NCBI GenBank assembly: GCA_963778655.1
Contig: CAVZVA010000005.1
Location: 768,001 to 832,000, forward strand
Direction of reading: 5' to 3'
Source of the DNA: an uncultured delta proteobacterium
GTDB taxonomy: Bacteria; Myxococcota_A; Polyangia; Polyangiales; JAFGIB01
DNA length: 64,000 nucleotides
Numbering within the stretch: position 1 is the first letter of the stretch; each line of letters begins with the position of its first letter. The notes under the pieces are model-generated. The model was not told where the DNA came from. It made no database searches and saw nothing but the letters and a program-made list of their open reading frames with translations. Position numbers and translations under genes: made by a program. Below are positions 37,975 to 52,044 of this stretch, piece after piece.

Positions 37975-38632
37975 CGCGGGCCAGGGCTTCCTTCACCGCA
38001 GCCTCTGCTTCCGGCGCCGGCTCCAACGTCTCGTGTCCGTTGTAGTTCAGCACGCCCTCGCTGGACTGGAAGCCGGACCCGGAAATGTACGCGAAATGGC
38101 CCTTGACCTTGATCTTCGCACCCTGGAAGAAGTCGGTCGGAACCGGGAGGAGCCCGGCCTCTTCCTTCTCTTGCTCGGCCTTGGCGTCCTTCTTCTTGCC
38201 CGACTTCTCTTCTTTGATCGCGTCGTCGATCGCCTTCTGGTTCTCCGCGTAGCCAGCCACGATCAACAGCTTGCTGTCGTCGGTCTCGTTCGGCGTATCG
38301 CCCACCCAGATGTGCGGGGCAGCCGGCAGCGGACACTTCTGCTTCGGCGGACACTCGGGCGGAACGAAGACCTTGGCGATGTAGCCGGTGACCTCGACGT
38401 CCTGGTCGATCGTCTTGCGCAGCGCTCTGCGCAGGCCGTACACGCTATAGGTCTGGTCCGCGTACTGGGTGGGGAACGGCGGCGGAGGCAGGGTCGGCAC
38501 CGGCGGTAAGCTCGGCTTGACCTCCGGCAGCTTCTCGACCTGCACCTTGGCCTCGGCGACCTTGTCGCAACCCTGGACCAGACCCAGCCCCAGCAGGGCA
38601 GATGCACATAGGATTCGTGACAGCCTGTTCAT
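37952..38632 (-). CDS. Hypothetical lipoprotein (Pro-rich linker, possible OB-like fold)
   Basis: SD GGAG; lipobox LVQGC; DVEVTGYI...KIKVKGHF strands; strong GC3 codon bias. Confidence 0.8.
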   Translation of the reverse strand: MNRLSRILCASALLGLGLVQGCDKVAEAKVQVEKLPEVKPSLPPVPTLPPPPFPTQYADQTYSVYGLRRALRKTIDQDVEVTGYIAKVFVPPECPPKQKCPLPAAPHIWVGDTPNETDDSKLLIVAGYAENQKAIDDAIKEEKSGKKKDAKAEQEKEEAGLLPVPTDFFQGAKIKVKGHFAYISGSGFQSSEGVLNYNGHETLEPAPEAEAAVKEALARANARPRK

Positions 38633-38727
38633 GGCTCCCTTCCGGTTGTCGCTACGCACAGGGGCGGCCAGGCTACCACGGTGTACGATAGGATCACAAC
38701 AGCGCTCTCCAGCCTGATCGCGGCGCC

Positions 38728-41253
38728 CTAACGTGCCGTGCCGCAAGCGGGTTTTCGCGTTGCCTGGGTGTGCACGGCGGTCTTGAACGCGGCCGGAGCC
38801 TCGGGCGAGCTGGCCAGCGCAACCGCCTTGCGCGCCGCCTCGCCGCCCAAGTTTCCGAGCGCTTCGAAAGCCAGCAGCGCCAGGTCGGCCTCGGGCGCCC
38901 ACGCATCAGGCCTGATGCCTTTGCGCAGCAGCCCGAGCAGCGCGTCCGCAGACTGTTGAATGCACAGCGCCTCGGCCAGCTTGACCCCCTCGGTCTTCAC
39001 CTCCACCCACTCGTTCGGGTCGTTGAGGCGCTGCTCGACCAGGGCCCAAGCGTCGCGCGCCCCGGCCTTGGCCAGCGCGCGCAGCGCGGCCGCGCGCACC
39101 CGGTGGGCCTTGTCCATCACGCTCTGCCGCAGCGCCTTCTCGCCCTGAGCCTGGCTGGCGAGCGCATCGACCGCGGCCGCGCGCACCAGCGGCCAGCTGT
39201 CGCGGCCTGCGTGCTTGGCGAGCAGCGCGAGCGAGCCCGGGTCCTTGGCCAGCGCGGCGCTCGCGGCCGCGCGCACCCGCGGGTAGGGGTCGCTCTCGAG
39301 CGCAGCGCTCGCCACGGCCGTGCGCTGCGCCGCCGCGCGCTCGGCCAGCGCCTGGATCGCGGCGGCGCGCAGCATCCAGCGCGGCTCGTCCTTGGCCAGC
39401 GCGGCCAACCACGCGTCCACTGCGGGTGAGGAGGGCAGCGCGCGCGCGGCCGCCACCAGCCGCCAGCGGTCCTCGAACAGCTCGGCGTGCGGCGCCGCGC
39501 TCGCCAGCAGCTCCGCGGCCAGCGCCCTCGCGCTCGCCGGCTGCTTCAGGCGCGAGAGCGCTAGCGCCACCACCGCTTGCTGCGTGACGCCCGCGCTCGC
39601 GCCCTGGCACCACGCGCGCACAGCGGTGACCGCGGCGTCGCCGCCGGCCTGACACGCCTCGGAGATCGCCTGGTGCAGCGCCGCACGCGTGCTGCCTCCA
39701 TCAGCCGCCAGCGCCGCCAGCAGCGCGTCGAGCGATTCGGCCGGGGCTTTGCGCGCGAGCGCCAGCGCGGTCGCGTCGCCGCGTGCGTCTGCCTTCGCGA
39801 TGCGCGGCCGCAGCACCGCCCGCGCGTTCGGCCCGGCTGCCAGCAGCGCTTCGAACGCGGCCTTGCTCACGCCGGCATCGCCATCGTCGAGCGCCGCGGC
39901 CAGCGCGTCGCGCGCGGCCGCCTCGCGCTCCGCCCAGGCCGCGAGCACGGGCACCGCCCGGCGCCGCCCTTGCGCGGAAAGCTTCGGCCAGGCCTCGCGC
40001 AGCTTGGCCGCAACCTGAGGTCCAAGGGCGACCAGCAGGTGCGCGGCCTCGCCCGACTCCGGCCCGCTGCCGCCAAGGTCCTTCACCAGTTGGTCGAGCC
40101 CGCCGCCAAAGTCGAGCTCGGTGTAGCCCTCCACCTCGGCCAACACCGTCGGGCCGGGCTTGCCAGCCACCACGGGCGCGCTCTCGGCGACGATCACCGA
40201 CAGGCAATGCCAGGGCCAGGGTTTGGCCGGCACCACGAAATACCGGCGTCCGGCTTCGGGCGCGTCCGGCAGGCGCACGCGCACCCGCGCGCCGTCCTCG
40301 CCGGCCAGCCACAACGTGCGCGCGACCGACGCGCCGGCGCTGCTGTCCAGCCCGCGGGGCAGCGGCGTGATCGCCAGCGCCCGCAGCGGGAGGCCGCCGG
40401 CGTCGCGGTGAAAAGTGGCAAATTCGCCCGCGCTGCCGGCCGGATTGCCCACACGCCAGTAGGTCGCGCTGTCGCCGTCCGTGAGCGCGCCCAGGGTCGA
40501 GCCGCTGAGCTGGCTCGACACACCCACCAGGCGCAGCGCGCGGAACAGTGGCGCGCCCGCCGGTCCCGGGCTGTGTGCGGCGGCGCTGAGCTCGACCGCC
40601 TCGTCCGTCGCGACCTCCGGCGGCGCCAGCCGGGCCGGCTCGATCGGCTGCAGCGCGAGCGAGCTCGGCTCGAGCAGGCGCGGGCGTAACAGGCTGCGCG
40701 GCTGGCCGCACACCCGCGCGCGCTCGTCCAGCTCGCCCACCACCACCTCCGGTTTGCCGTCGCCGTCGAGATCACGCACCTCGATCGCGTCGGCGGTGCG
40801 CTCTCCCGGATCGCCGTGGAGCTCCAGATCGCCGGTCCAAACGACGCGCGCGGCGCCGCGGGCATCGCGACCGAGCAGCACGCCGATCTCCCGGCCGCCT
40901 GCCGCGCTCACCCGTAGCAACGCCAGCGCGCTGCCGCCCGCCAGCGCGATGCTCTCCACGTCCACGCGCTGCGGCTCAGCCAGCGGCAGCCTGGCGTGCG
41001 CGTGACCGGCGGCGATCGCCAGGCTGCCGTCGGGGGCCACGCTGAGCGTGACACGCGTGGCCCGGGGCGGATGCCCGAGCGCCAAGCTGCGCGAGAACCC
41101 GAAAGGCGGGGCAGGCGCGGCCCGGGCGACCGCGGCGAGCGCGAGCAGCAACGCGCACGCCAGGCTGGCCTTCGATCGCCTCGCACGCGCTGAGGTCGGC
41201 TGCACCGCACGGGACTGTACGGCGAACCATCGCCTCAGGCGAGGCCAAGGCAT
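38728..41253 (-). CDS. Secreted protein with FG-GAP-like loop, discoidin-like segment and C-terminal HEAT repeats
   Basis: Signal-like CALLLALAAVARA; DLDGDGKPEVVVG; ALTDGDSATYW; HEAT units DPYPRVRAAA, DSWPLVRAAA, DKAHRVRAAA; start uncertain. Confidence 0.72.
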   Translation of the reverse strand: MPWPRLRRWFAVQSRAVQPTSARARRSKASLACALLLALAAVARAAPAPPFGFSRSLALGHPPRATRVTLSVAPDGSLAIAAGHAHARLPLAEPQRVDVESIALAGGSALALLRVSAAGGREIGVLLGRDARGAARVVWTGDLELHGDPGERTADAIEVRDLDGDGKPEVVVGELDERARVCGQPRSLLRPRLLEPSSLALQPIEPARLAPPEVATDEAVELSAAAHSPGPAGAPLFRALRLVGVSSQLSGSTLGALTDGDSATYWRVGNPAGSAGEFATFHRDAGGLPLRALAITPLPRGLDSSAGASVARTLWLAGEDGARVRVRLPDAPEAGRRYFVVPAKPWPWHCLSVIVAESAPVVAGKPGPTVLAEVEGYTELDFGGGLDQLVKDLGGSGPESGEAAHLLVALGPQVAAKLREAWPKLSAQGRRRAVPVLAAWAEREAAARDALAAALDDGDAGVSKAAFEALLAAGPNARAVLRPRIAKADARGDATALALARKAPAESLDALLAALAADGGSTRAALHQAISEACQAGGDAAVTAVRAWCQGASAGVTQQAVVALALSRLKQPASARALAAELLASAAPHAELFEDRWRLVAAARALPSSPAVDAWLAALAKDEPRWMLRAAAIQALAERAAAQRTAVASAALESDPYPRVRAAASAALAKDPGSLALLAKHAGRDSWPLVRAAAVDALASQAQGEKALRQSVMDKAHRVRAAALRALAKAGARDAWALVEQRLNDPNEWVEVKTEGVKLAEALCIQQSADALLGLLRKGIRPDAWAPEADLALLAFEALGNLGGEAARKAVALASSPEAPAAFKTAVHTQATRKPACGTAR

Positions 41254-41377
41254 GGGTCGTGCCGGCCCCCCTTGCTGTTCGCTCACATCGGCCCAATAGA
41301 TGGGTGCACGCGCGGCGCATCTTGGTCCGGCGCGTGGTCGTCCGGGCGGCTGCGCGCGACGATCCCGGGGATGCGTA

Positions 41378-41406
41378 TTGACCCCCAACTGGGGTCTGTG
41401 TACACT
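41378..41406 (+). promoter_or_regulatory. Sigma70-type promoter of the sigma factor gene, with a palindrome over -35/spacer
   Basis: TTGACC-N17-TACACT; inverted repeat GACCCC-CAACT-GGGGTC at 41380-41396. Confidence 0.65.
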
Positions 41407-41633
41407 GTCCTACCGTAGACCACCAGGCGTGCGTAGTCACTTTGACACGCAACCCAGGTGCCCTGAAAAATTGGCCAGGTCTTTGCAACAATTAGGCCTG
41501 TCCGTGCGTACTAATCAGTTGAGCGTCTGGTGCGCGAGCCGTTTGGCGGCCCTAGCAGCACCAACATGTCGTAGTGACAAGTTTTTGCTCCGCGGAATAT
41601 TTTTTTCGACCCGAGCGCCTGAAGGAACCTCCG

Positions 41634-43163
<1,530 letters not shown>

Positions 43164-43261
43164 ATCGGGCAAAGCCCAACGGGACCCACCCTCCCGCGCG
43201 GGTCGTTTGTGCTCCCTTGGCCGTGGTCACGTTCCGGCGGCGCACCCGCGTCGCCGGGGCC

Positions 43262-44755
43262 TCACGGGCCTGCCGGGTGTGCGGCCGGAGGCTCCGGCGC
43301 CCACAGGTGCAAGGCGATCTCGGTCGCCACCTGGTCGGCGAGCTGGCGGGCGGCCGCGTGCTTTCCGTGGACACCGTTGCACAGCACACTGAACGCCATC
43401 ACGCGCTCCGGGGTGCGGCCCAGCACGTAGCCCGAGAGCGCAATCACGTTGTCGAGGGTGCCGGTCTTGGCACGCAGGATGCGCGGCGCCGGCAGCTGGC
43501 GCAGCCGCCGCGCCAGCGTGCCGTCGACGCCGCCGACCGCCAGCTGGGCCACGTACTCGGGCCGCAGCCCGGGCTCGGAGTACATCGCCGCGAGCAGCTT
43601 GGTCAGCTGGCCTGCGGCCACGCGCCCGTTGCCGAACAGGCCCGAGCCGTTGACGATGTGCAGCCCGGCCGGGGAGACGCCCAAGCGCTTGAGCGCCTGC
43701 AGCGCAGCGGCCGCCCCGTGCTCGCTGCTGCCCGGCCTGCCCACGCGCTCGGCGCCGAGCACCTTGAGCAACATCTCGGCCACGAAGTTGTTGCTGTTCT
43801 TGCCCATCTCGCTGATCACGTGCGCGAGCGGCGGGGAGCTGCGCGAGGCCAGCAGCGCCATCCCGCTGGGGGCGGTCGCCAGGCGCACCCGCCGCGGGAC
43901 CTGGATGCGCTCGGCGCGTAACGCCTCGACCAGGGCGTAGCCGGCGTAATAGAGCGGCGATTCGACGCGCCGGCGGTAGCTCACCCCGGAGATGCCGAGC
44001 GGCACGCTGCCCGAAAGCCGCAGCACCAGCTTATCGGCCTTTTCGCTCTGCACGGCGATCACGTTGGGCGCGCCGCTGGCGCTCGTGGTCACGCTGTTGG
44101 TGAGCGCAAAGTGACCCTCGGCGTCGACCCATGCGCTGGCGGGCGCGCCGGCCTCGGCGCCGGGGTTGATGCGCATCGTGAACGCGTTGTCGTTGACCGA
44201 CACCGCGGCCACCGCGGCGCGAAACGGCGAGACCTCCTCGGGCTGCTCCTCGAAGCCGGGCGGCAGCACGCGATCGTCGAAGTACGAGCCGTCCACGCTG
44301 ACCTCGTCGACCTTGGCGATGCCGCGCGCCACCAGCTGCTGCGCGAGCGCGACCAGGTCCGCATCGGTCAGCGTGGGATCGCCGTAGCCCTTTAGGTAGA
44401 GGCCAGAGACCACGGTATCGCCCTGTACCTCGCCGTACAGGCCGGTCGACATGCGAAAGTCCGCGCCGAGGTCGAAAAGAGCCGCCGCCGAGGTGATCAG
44501 CTTCATGTTGGAAGCGGGATTGAGCGGCATGGTGGCGTTGTGTGCGAACACCACGCGACCGGAGCGCACATCGACCACGGACACGCCGATCTGGTCGCCC
44601 AGCGCGGCCTGCTCGAGCGCGGCGCGCAGGCGATCCTTGAGCCCCGCCTCGGTGCGTAGATCCGCCGCGCCTGCGCCCTGCGCGCGGCCGGACGGCGCGG
44701 GCAGGGCGAAAAGCAGTCCCGCGAGCGACAGCCCCGTGGCAAGTAGGAAGCGCAT
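43262..44755 (-). CDS. dacB: D-alanyl-D-alanine carboxypeptidase/endopeptidase (PBP4, S13)
   Basis: Signal peptide; PASNMK (SxxK), G.GDP, SNN, NGSGL, AKTGTL. Confidence 0.95.
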   Translation of the reverse strand: MRFLLATGLSLAGLLFALPAPSGRAQGAGAADLRTEAGLKDRLRAALEQAALGDQIGVSVVDVRSGRVVFAHNATMPLNPASNMKLITSAAALFDLGADFRMSTGLYGEVQGDTVVSGLYLKGYGDPTLTDADLVALAQQLVARGIAKVDEVSVDGSYFDDRVLPPGFEEQPEEVSPFRAAVAAVSVNDNAFTMRINPGAEAGAPASAWVDAEGHFALTNSVTTSASGAPNVIAVQSEKADKLVLRLSGSVPLGISGVSYRRRVESPLYYAGYALVEALRAERIQVPRRVRLATAPSGMALLASRSSPPLAHVISEMGKNSNNFVAEMLLKVLGAERVGRPGSSEHGAAAALQALKRLGVSPAGLHIVNGSGLFGNGRVAAGQLTKLLAAMYSEPGLRPEYVAQLAVGGVDGTLARRLRQLPAPRILRAKTGTLDNVIALSGYVLGRTPERVMAFSVLCNGVHGKHAAARQLADQVATEIALHLWAPEPPAAHPAGP

Positions 44756-44966
44756 GTTCCGCATGCCGAAAGTCCTGAGTAGCCTACGCCAAAGCATGCC
44801 GCTCGATGCCGATCTGATGGCCGCGCCCGGGGAATCGGCGCGCGGCCGGCTCGGGCAGGGCGGAAGCGCCTGCCGCGCGCGTGCCCCGCGGGGCCGCATG
44901 TCCGTGGCGCGACCCGGCGCGCCCGCACGCTGCCGCGAACGGCCCGCGAAATCCGCTCTTAGCCCC

Positions 44967-46511
44967 ATGTCGGCGCGCGTGCAACGGCGGTTGGCGCCGC
45001 TGCTCGCCGGCGCCGCGCTGGCGGCGGGCGCGTGCCACGCAGACGGCGCGCAGCGCCCGCACGCCGACCCGGCGCTGGTCGTGTTGTTGCCGCGGGACGT
45101 GCAGGAGATCGATCCGCGGCTGACCGGCGACGCCTACGGCCACAAGGTCTCGCGCCTGCTGTTCGCGTCGCTGGTCACGATCGACCCGCAGACCCTGGAG
45201 GTGGTGCCCGCGCTCGCGGAGCGCGTCGAGCTGGAGACGCCGACGCGCTATCGCGTGCGCTTGCGACCGGGCCTGCGCTGGAGCGACGGCTCGCCGCTCG
45301 ACGCGCGCGACGTGGCCGCCACCTTTCGCAGCGTGGTCGACCCCAAGCTCGGCAGTCGCTACGCCGGCACCTACGCGATCATCGCGCGCATCGAGATCGA
45401 GGATCCCCTCGACCTGGTGTTCGAGCTGCGCCAGCCGCATGCGACCTTCCTCACCGATCTCGAGCTGCCGATCGTGCCTGCTCGCGACGCGCAGCGGCCG
45501 CTGGGCGCGCTCGGTGGCCCGCGTCCCGTTGGCTCGGGCCCCTACGTGCTGCAGGCGCGCGCACCCGGCCGCATCGAGCTGCACGCCAACCCGTACTGGT
45601 TCCGCGGCGCGCCGCGCTACCCGGCCGTGCGCATGATCGTGGTGCACGATGACAACACGCGCGCGCTGCGCCTGTTGGCCGGCGCGGCCGACCTGGCGCT
45701 GAACGCGGTGCCGCCGCTGCTGCTGCCGCTGTTCGAGCACGATCCGCGCTTTGCCGTGCGCAGCGCGCACGGCGTGGGCACGACGTACATGGGGGTAAAC
45801 CTGCAGACGCCCGCGCTGCGAGACGTGCGCGTGCGGCGCGCGATCGCGTATGCCATCGACCGCCGCGCGATCATCGAGGCCAAGCTGGCCGGTCGAGCGA
45901 GCCTGGCCAGCAGCTGGATCGTGCCTGGTCACTGGGCCTATGCCGCTGACCTGCCGCGCTACGAGCACGACCCGGCGCGCGCGCGCGCATTGCTGCGTGC
46001 GGCCGGCGTCGCGGGCTCGCCCGGGCATCCGGGGTTGTCGCTGTCGCTGCGCTGCGGCAGCGATCGCGAGCGGCTGTCGATCGCGCGCGCGATCGCGGCG
46101 ATGCTGGCGCAGGTGGGCATCGCGGTCGAGGTGCGCCCGAGCGAGGTGGCGACGCTGATCGCGGATCTCAATCGCGGGCGCTTCGAGCTGACCATGCTCC
46201 AGGTGCCCGAGGTGGTGGAGCCGCACGTGCTCGAGTGGTTCTTCGGCTCGTCGCACGTACCCGGCCACGGCCGCGAGGGCGCCAACCGCTGGCGCTTCCG
46301 CGACCCCCAGCTCGACGCCGCGCTGGCGCGCGGCCTGCTGCAGACCGAGCGCGCGCGCCGGGTCGAGGCCTATACGGAGGCGCAGCACATCTTGGCCTCC
46401 CAGCTGCCGGTCATCCCGCTGTGGCACGAGGACGTGATCGCGGTCGAGGACCGGCGGGCGCGCGCGTTCGTCGTGCCGCGGCTGGGGCGTTTCAACCCGC
46501 TGGCGCGGTAG
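44967..46511 (+). CDS. Peptide ABC transporter substrate-binding lipoprotein (family 5)
   Basis: Lipobox AAGAC; LRPGLRWSDG.PL.A.DV, PVGSGPY, DVRVRRAIAYAIDR, LPVIPLW. Confidence 0.92.
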   Translation: MSARVQRRLAPLLAGAALAAGACHADGAQRPHADPALVVLLPRDVQEIDPRLTGDAYGHKVSRLLFASLVTIDPQTLEVVPALAERVELETPTRYRVRLRPGLRWSDGSPLDARDVAATFRSVVDPKLGSRYAGTYAIIARIEIEDPLDLVFELRQPHATFLTDLELPIVPARDAQRPLGALGGPRPVGSGPYVLQARAPGRIELHANPYWFRGAPRYPAVRMIVVHDDNTRALRLLAGAADLALNAVPPLLLPLFEHDPRFAVRSAHGVGTTYMGVNLQTPALRDVRVRRAIAYAIDRRAIIEAKLAGRASLASSWIVPGHWAYAADLPRYEHDPARARALLRAAGVAGSPGHPGLSLSLRCGSDRERLSIARAIAAMLAQVGIAVEVRPSEVATLIADLNRGRFELTMLQVPEVVEPHVLEWFFGSSHVPGHGREGANRWRFRDPQLDAALARGLLQTERARRVEAYTEAQHILASQLPVIPLWHEDVIAVEDRRARAFVVPRLGRFNPLAR

Positions 46512-46586
46512 CACATCGGCTCGACGCGCCTACGGTGGACGCGCCCGCGGCCTGCAGTAGACTCCGACCGCGATGCTGGGCAGAAC

Positions 46587-47894
46587 ATGATCCTGCGCGA
46601 TCCGGTGCACGGGTTGCTCGCCTTTGAGGGCGCTGCCGAACGAATCGTGGAGCGCCTGCTCGCGACCCGTGAGTTGCAACGCCTGCGCAACGTGCGCCAG
46701 CTGGGGCTGACCTCGCTGGCCTTCCCCGGCGCGGAGCACTCGCGCTTCACCCACGCGCTGGGGGCGGCCCACGTCATGGTGCGCATGCTCGCGCGCATGC
46801 GCTCTGCGGCGCCCGCGCTGCCGCCCGAGCAGCGGCCGGACGCGCAGGCCGAGGCTGACGCGATCGCCGCCGCGCTGCTGCACGACCTGGGACACGGCCC
46901 ATTTTCGCACCTGTTCGAGGAGGTGATGCCGCAGGCGCGGCGGCACGAGGCCTGGACCATGGACATCGTGCTCGATCCCTCGACCGACGTGCACTGCGCC
47001 CTGGCCGCGCTCGACGCGGGTATGCCGGCGCGCGTGGCCGAGCTGATCGACGGCCGCCACCGGCTGGGCTACTTGGGGCGCTGCATCAGCGGAACGCTCG
47101 ACGCCGACCGCTGCGACTACCTGCTGCGCGACAGCCGCCTGACCGGAGTCGGCTACGGCGTGTACGACCTGGATTGGTTGCTGCAGGCGCTGGCGTTCGG
47201 CGAGCTCCCCGGCGGCGGCGAATGGGTGCTGGCGATCGAGGGCCGCAAGGGGCTGCCGCCGATCGAAGGCTTCTTCCTGGCCCGCCAGTTCATGTACCAG
47301 CAGGTCTACCACCACAAGGCGACGCGCGCGGCCGAGGCCTTGATCCGAGCCATTTTCGTACGCGTCGCGGAGCTGGTCCGCGACGGCTCCAGCGGCCTTC
47401 AGATCCCGCCCGCCCTGAGGCGAGCGGCGGTGGGCGAGCCGGTGAGCCTGGGGGACTACCTCGCGCTGGACGACATCGCCCTGCTCGGCAGCCTGCGCGC
47501 CTGGGAGAGCGGGAGCGACCGCCAGCTCGCGGAGCTGGCCGTGGGGTTGTCGCGGCGCGAGCTGCCCAAGACCGTGCCGCTCAGCCCGGAGAGCACGGCC
47601 GCCCAGCGCCAGGCCGTGCTGGAGCGGGCCCGGGATGTCGCCCGGCGACATGGCCTGCGCCCCGACCTTACCGTGAGGCTGGACGCACCGTTCGATGTGC
47701 CGTATGAGGAGCCGGACGACGTGTCGCCGGAGGGCCTATGGGTCCTGATCCGCCACCAGCCGATTCAGCGGCTGGGGCGCTGCTCTTTTCTGCTGGGGCA
47801 GCTGCGCAACCAGCGCATCGAGCGCCCGCGTCTGATCTTCCCAGCCGCCATCCGCGAGCGAGTCCTTGACGCGATCGAGGGTATGATAAGCTGA
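46587..47894 (+). CDS. HD-domain phosphohydrolase, SAMHD1/dNTP-triphosphohydrolase-like
   Basis: RDPVHG, QRLRNVRQLG, EHSRFTHALG, LLHDLGHGPFSH, LDADRCDYLLRDS, MYQQVY.HK. Confidence 0.92.
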   Translation: MILRDPVHGLLAFEGAAERIVERLLATRELQRLRNVRQLGLTSLAFPGAEHSRFTHALGAAHVMVRMLARMRSAAPALPPEQRPDAQAEADAIAAALLHDLGHGPFSHLFEEVMPQARRHEAWTMDIVLDPSTDVHCALAALDAGMPARVAELIDGRHRLGYLGRCISGTLDADRCDYLLRDSRLTGVGYGVYDLDWLLQALAFGELPGGGEWVLAIEGRKGLPPIEGFFLARQFMYQQVYHHKATRAAEALIRAIFVRVAELVRDGSSGLQIPPALRRAAVGEPVSLGDYLALDDIALLGSLRAWESGSDRQLAELAVGLSRRELPKTVPLSPESTAAQRQAVLERARDVARRHGLRPDLTVRLDAPFDVPYEEPDDVSPEGLWVLIRHQPIQRLGRCSFLLGQLRNQRIERPRLIFPAAIRERVLDAIEGMIS

Positions 47895-48005
47895 GCAGCG
47901 CACGCCGCGCGGCCGCGCGCGGACGGGCTTGCAGTGCACGCGGGGAACGGAGCATAAATGGGGCTACCGGCTGTGGCGGGGGACGCGGGGAGGGCTCGTA
48001 CGCCG

Positions 48006-49355
<1,350 letters not shown>

Positions 49356-49375
49356 GCTAGCGTCTCGAGGCCTGC

Positions 49376-49393
49376 AACAGGAAGGCGGGAAGA
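49376..49393. repeat. Short copy of the AACAGGAAGRC-GGGAAG repeat
   Basis: AACAGGAAGGCGGGAAGA between the two convergent NtrC-family genes. Confidence 0.5.
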
Positions 49394-49421
49394 AGAACCT
49401 CGTCTTGAGCTACGGCGCCCT

Positions 49422-50861
<1,440 letters not shown>

Positions 50862-50873
50862 GCAGCCGATATA

Positions 50874-52040
50874 TCATTTCTGCGCGGGCGGTAGCAGTGA
50901 GCGGGCGCGGGCCGACACTGCCGGGATGCGCGCGGCGCGCTCCAGCAGAGCGCGTGCGTCAGACTCGCGGCCTTGTGCGCGGGCGCACTGCGCAAGCGCG
51001 ATCAGCGCGGTCCCGGCCTCGCGGCTGGCCGGAGCGGCATCGACGACTCGACGGTAGAGGCTGCTGGCCGCGGCGCAGCCCTGCTTGCTCGAGACGCTGC
51101 GCGCGCTGTCGAGCAGGCTCTGCGCGCGGGCAGCTGGCGCGGCCGGCGCCGCTTCGGCGCGCTCGGCTGCCGGTGCGCTCGCGGCCGGCACTGCCAGTGC
51201 GCCTTCGCCGGGCTCCGCCAGCGCGTCGTCGGCTCGGGGCTCGGGGAAGGCTCGCGGGGTGGCCGCGATCGCCGCGCTCGGGCCGCCGCCAGCGTTGCTC
51301 GCGGGTGGTGTCGCCGCAGCCTTGGCCGCGGCCTTGGCGGGGGCCGCGCCGCTCGCGTATGCGCGCCCTTCGTTTGCGGCGCCGGCTTGGGGTGGCGGTG
51401 CGCCTGCGTAGGCGGATTCCGCGGGCGTGCGGGCGCGCTTGGCCGACGAGGCGTGCGCAGCTCGGTGCGGCGCGGCCGCGCTCCGCTCTGCCCGGGCTTG
51501 CAGCGCGGGAGCGGGCGCAGCCGGAGGCTCGGCGGCGGCCTTCTTCGCCTCCTCCTCGGCGAGCGGTGGCGCGGCCGGCTGCGTGGCCGACGCCGGCGCG
51601 GCCGCGGGCGCGCCCGGCGTCACCGGCGCGACCACCCGCTCGGCGCTGCGGCCGCCGCGGGTCGCTTGCCTGATCTCCGGCAGCGTCACCAGCGCCAGCA
51701 GCGCGATCAGCGCGCTCACTGTGACCATGCCGACCTGGCGTGCGGTCGCGATGCGGCTGGCCAGCTCGAGCAGCCGGCGCCACGGGCCCGGTCGCGCGGG
51801 CGCGCTGCCCGCGGCGCGCGCGTGCTGCTCGGCCAGCGCCAGCAGCCGCGCGCTGACCGCCGCCGGCGCTGGCTCGAGCGAGAGCTCACCGGCCGCGCGC
51901 AGGCCGGCGCGCAGGCGTTCGAAGTCGGCCCGGCACTCGGCACAGCCTTGCAGGTGCGCGCGCGCGTCCGTTTCGGCTTGCGGCTCGAGCTCGCCACAGG
52001 CGAGGTCCATCAACAGGGGCTGGCAGTCACGGCATTCCAT
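50874..52040 (-). CDS. zf-HC2 anti-sigma factor with TM, Ala/Pro-rich linker and C-terminal TPR-like region
   Basis: MECRDC...HLQGCAEC; TM VGMVTVSALIALLALV; C-terminal helical repeat (ALIALAQC....G....AR.LL). Confidence 0.85.
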   Translation of the reverse strand: MECRDCQPLLMDLACGELEPQAETDARAHLQGCAECRADFERLRAGLRAAGELSLEPAPAAVSARLLALAEQHARAAGSAPARPGPWRRLLELASRIATARQVGMVTVSALIALLALVTLPEIRQATRGGRSAERVVAPVTPGAPAAAPASATQPAAPPLAEEEAKKAAAEPPAAPAPALQARAERSAAAPHRAAHASSAKRARTPAESAYAGAPPPQAGAANEGRAYASGAAPAKAAAKAAATPPASNAGGGPSAAIAATPRAFPEPRADDALAEPGEGALAVPAASAPAAERAEAAPAAPAARAQSLLDSARSVSSKQGCAAASSLYRRVVDAAPASREAGTALIALAQCARAQGRESDARALLERAARIPAVSARARSLLPPAQK

Positions 52041-52044
52041 CGCT

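Noticed and set aside
46587..47894. Anti-phage dNTPase defence system
   Set aside because: Ordinary chromosomal context and host-like composition; this HD family is commonly housekeeping
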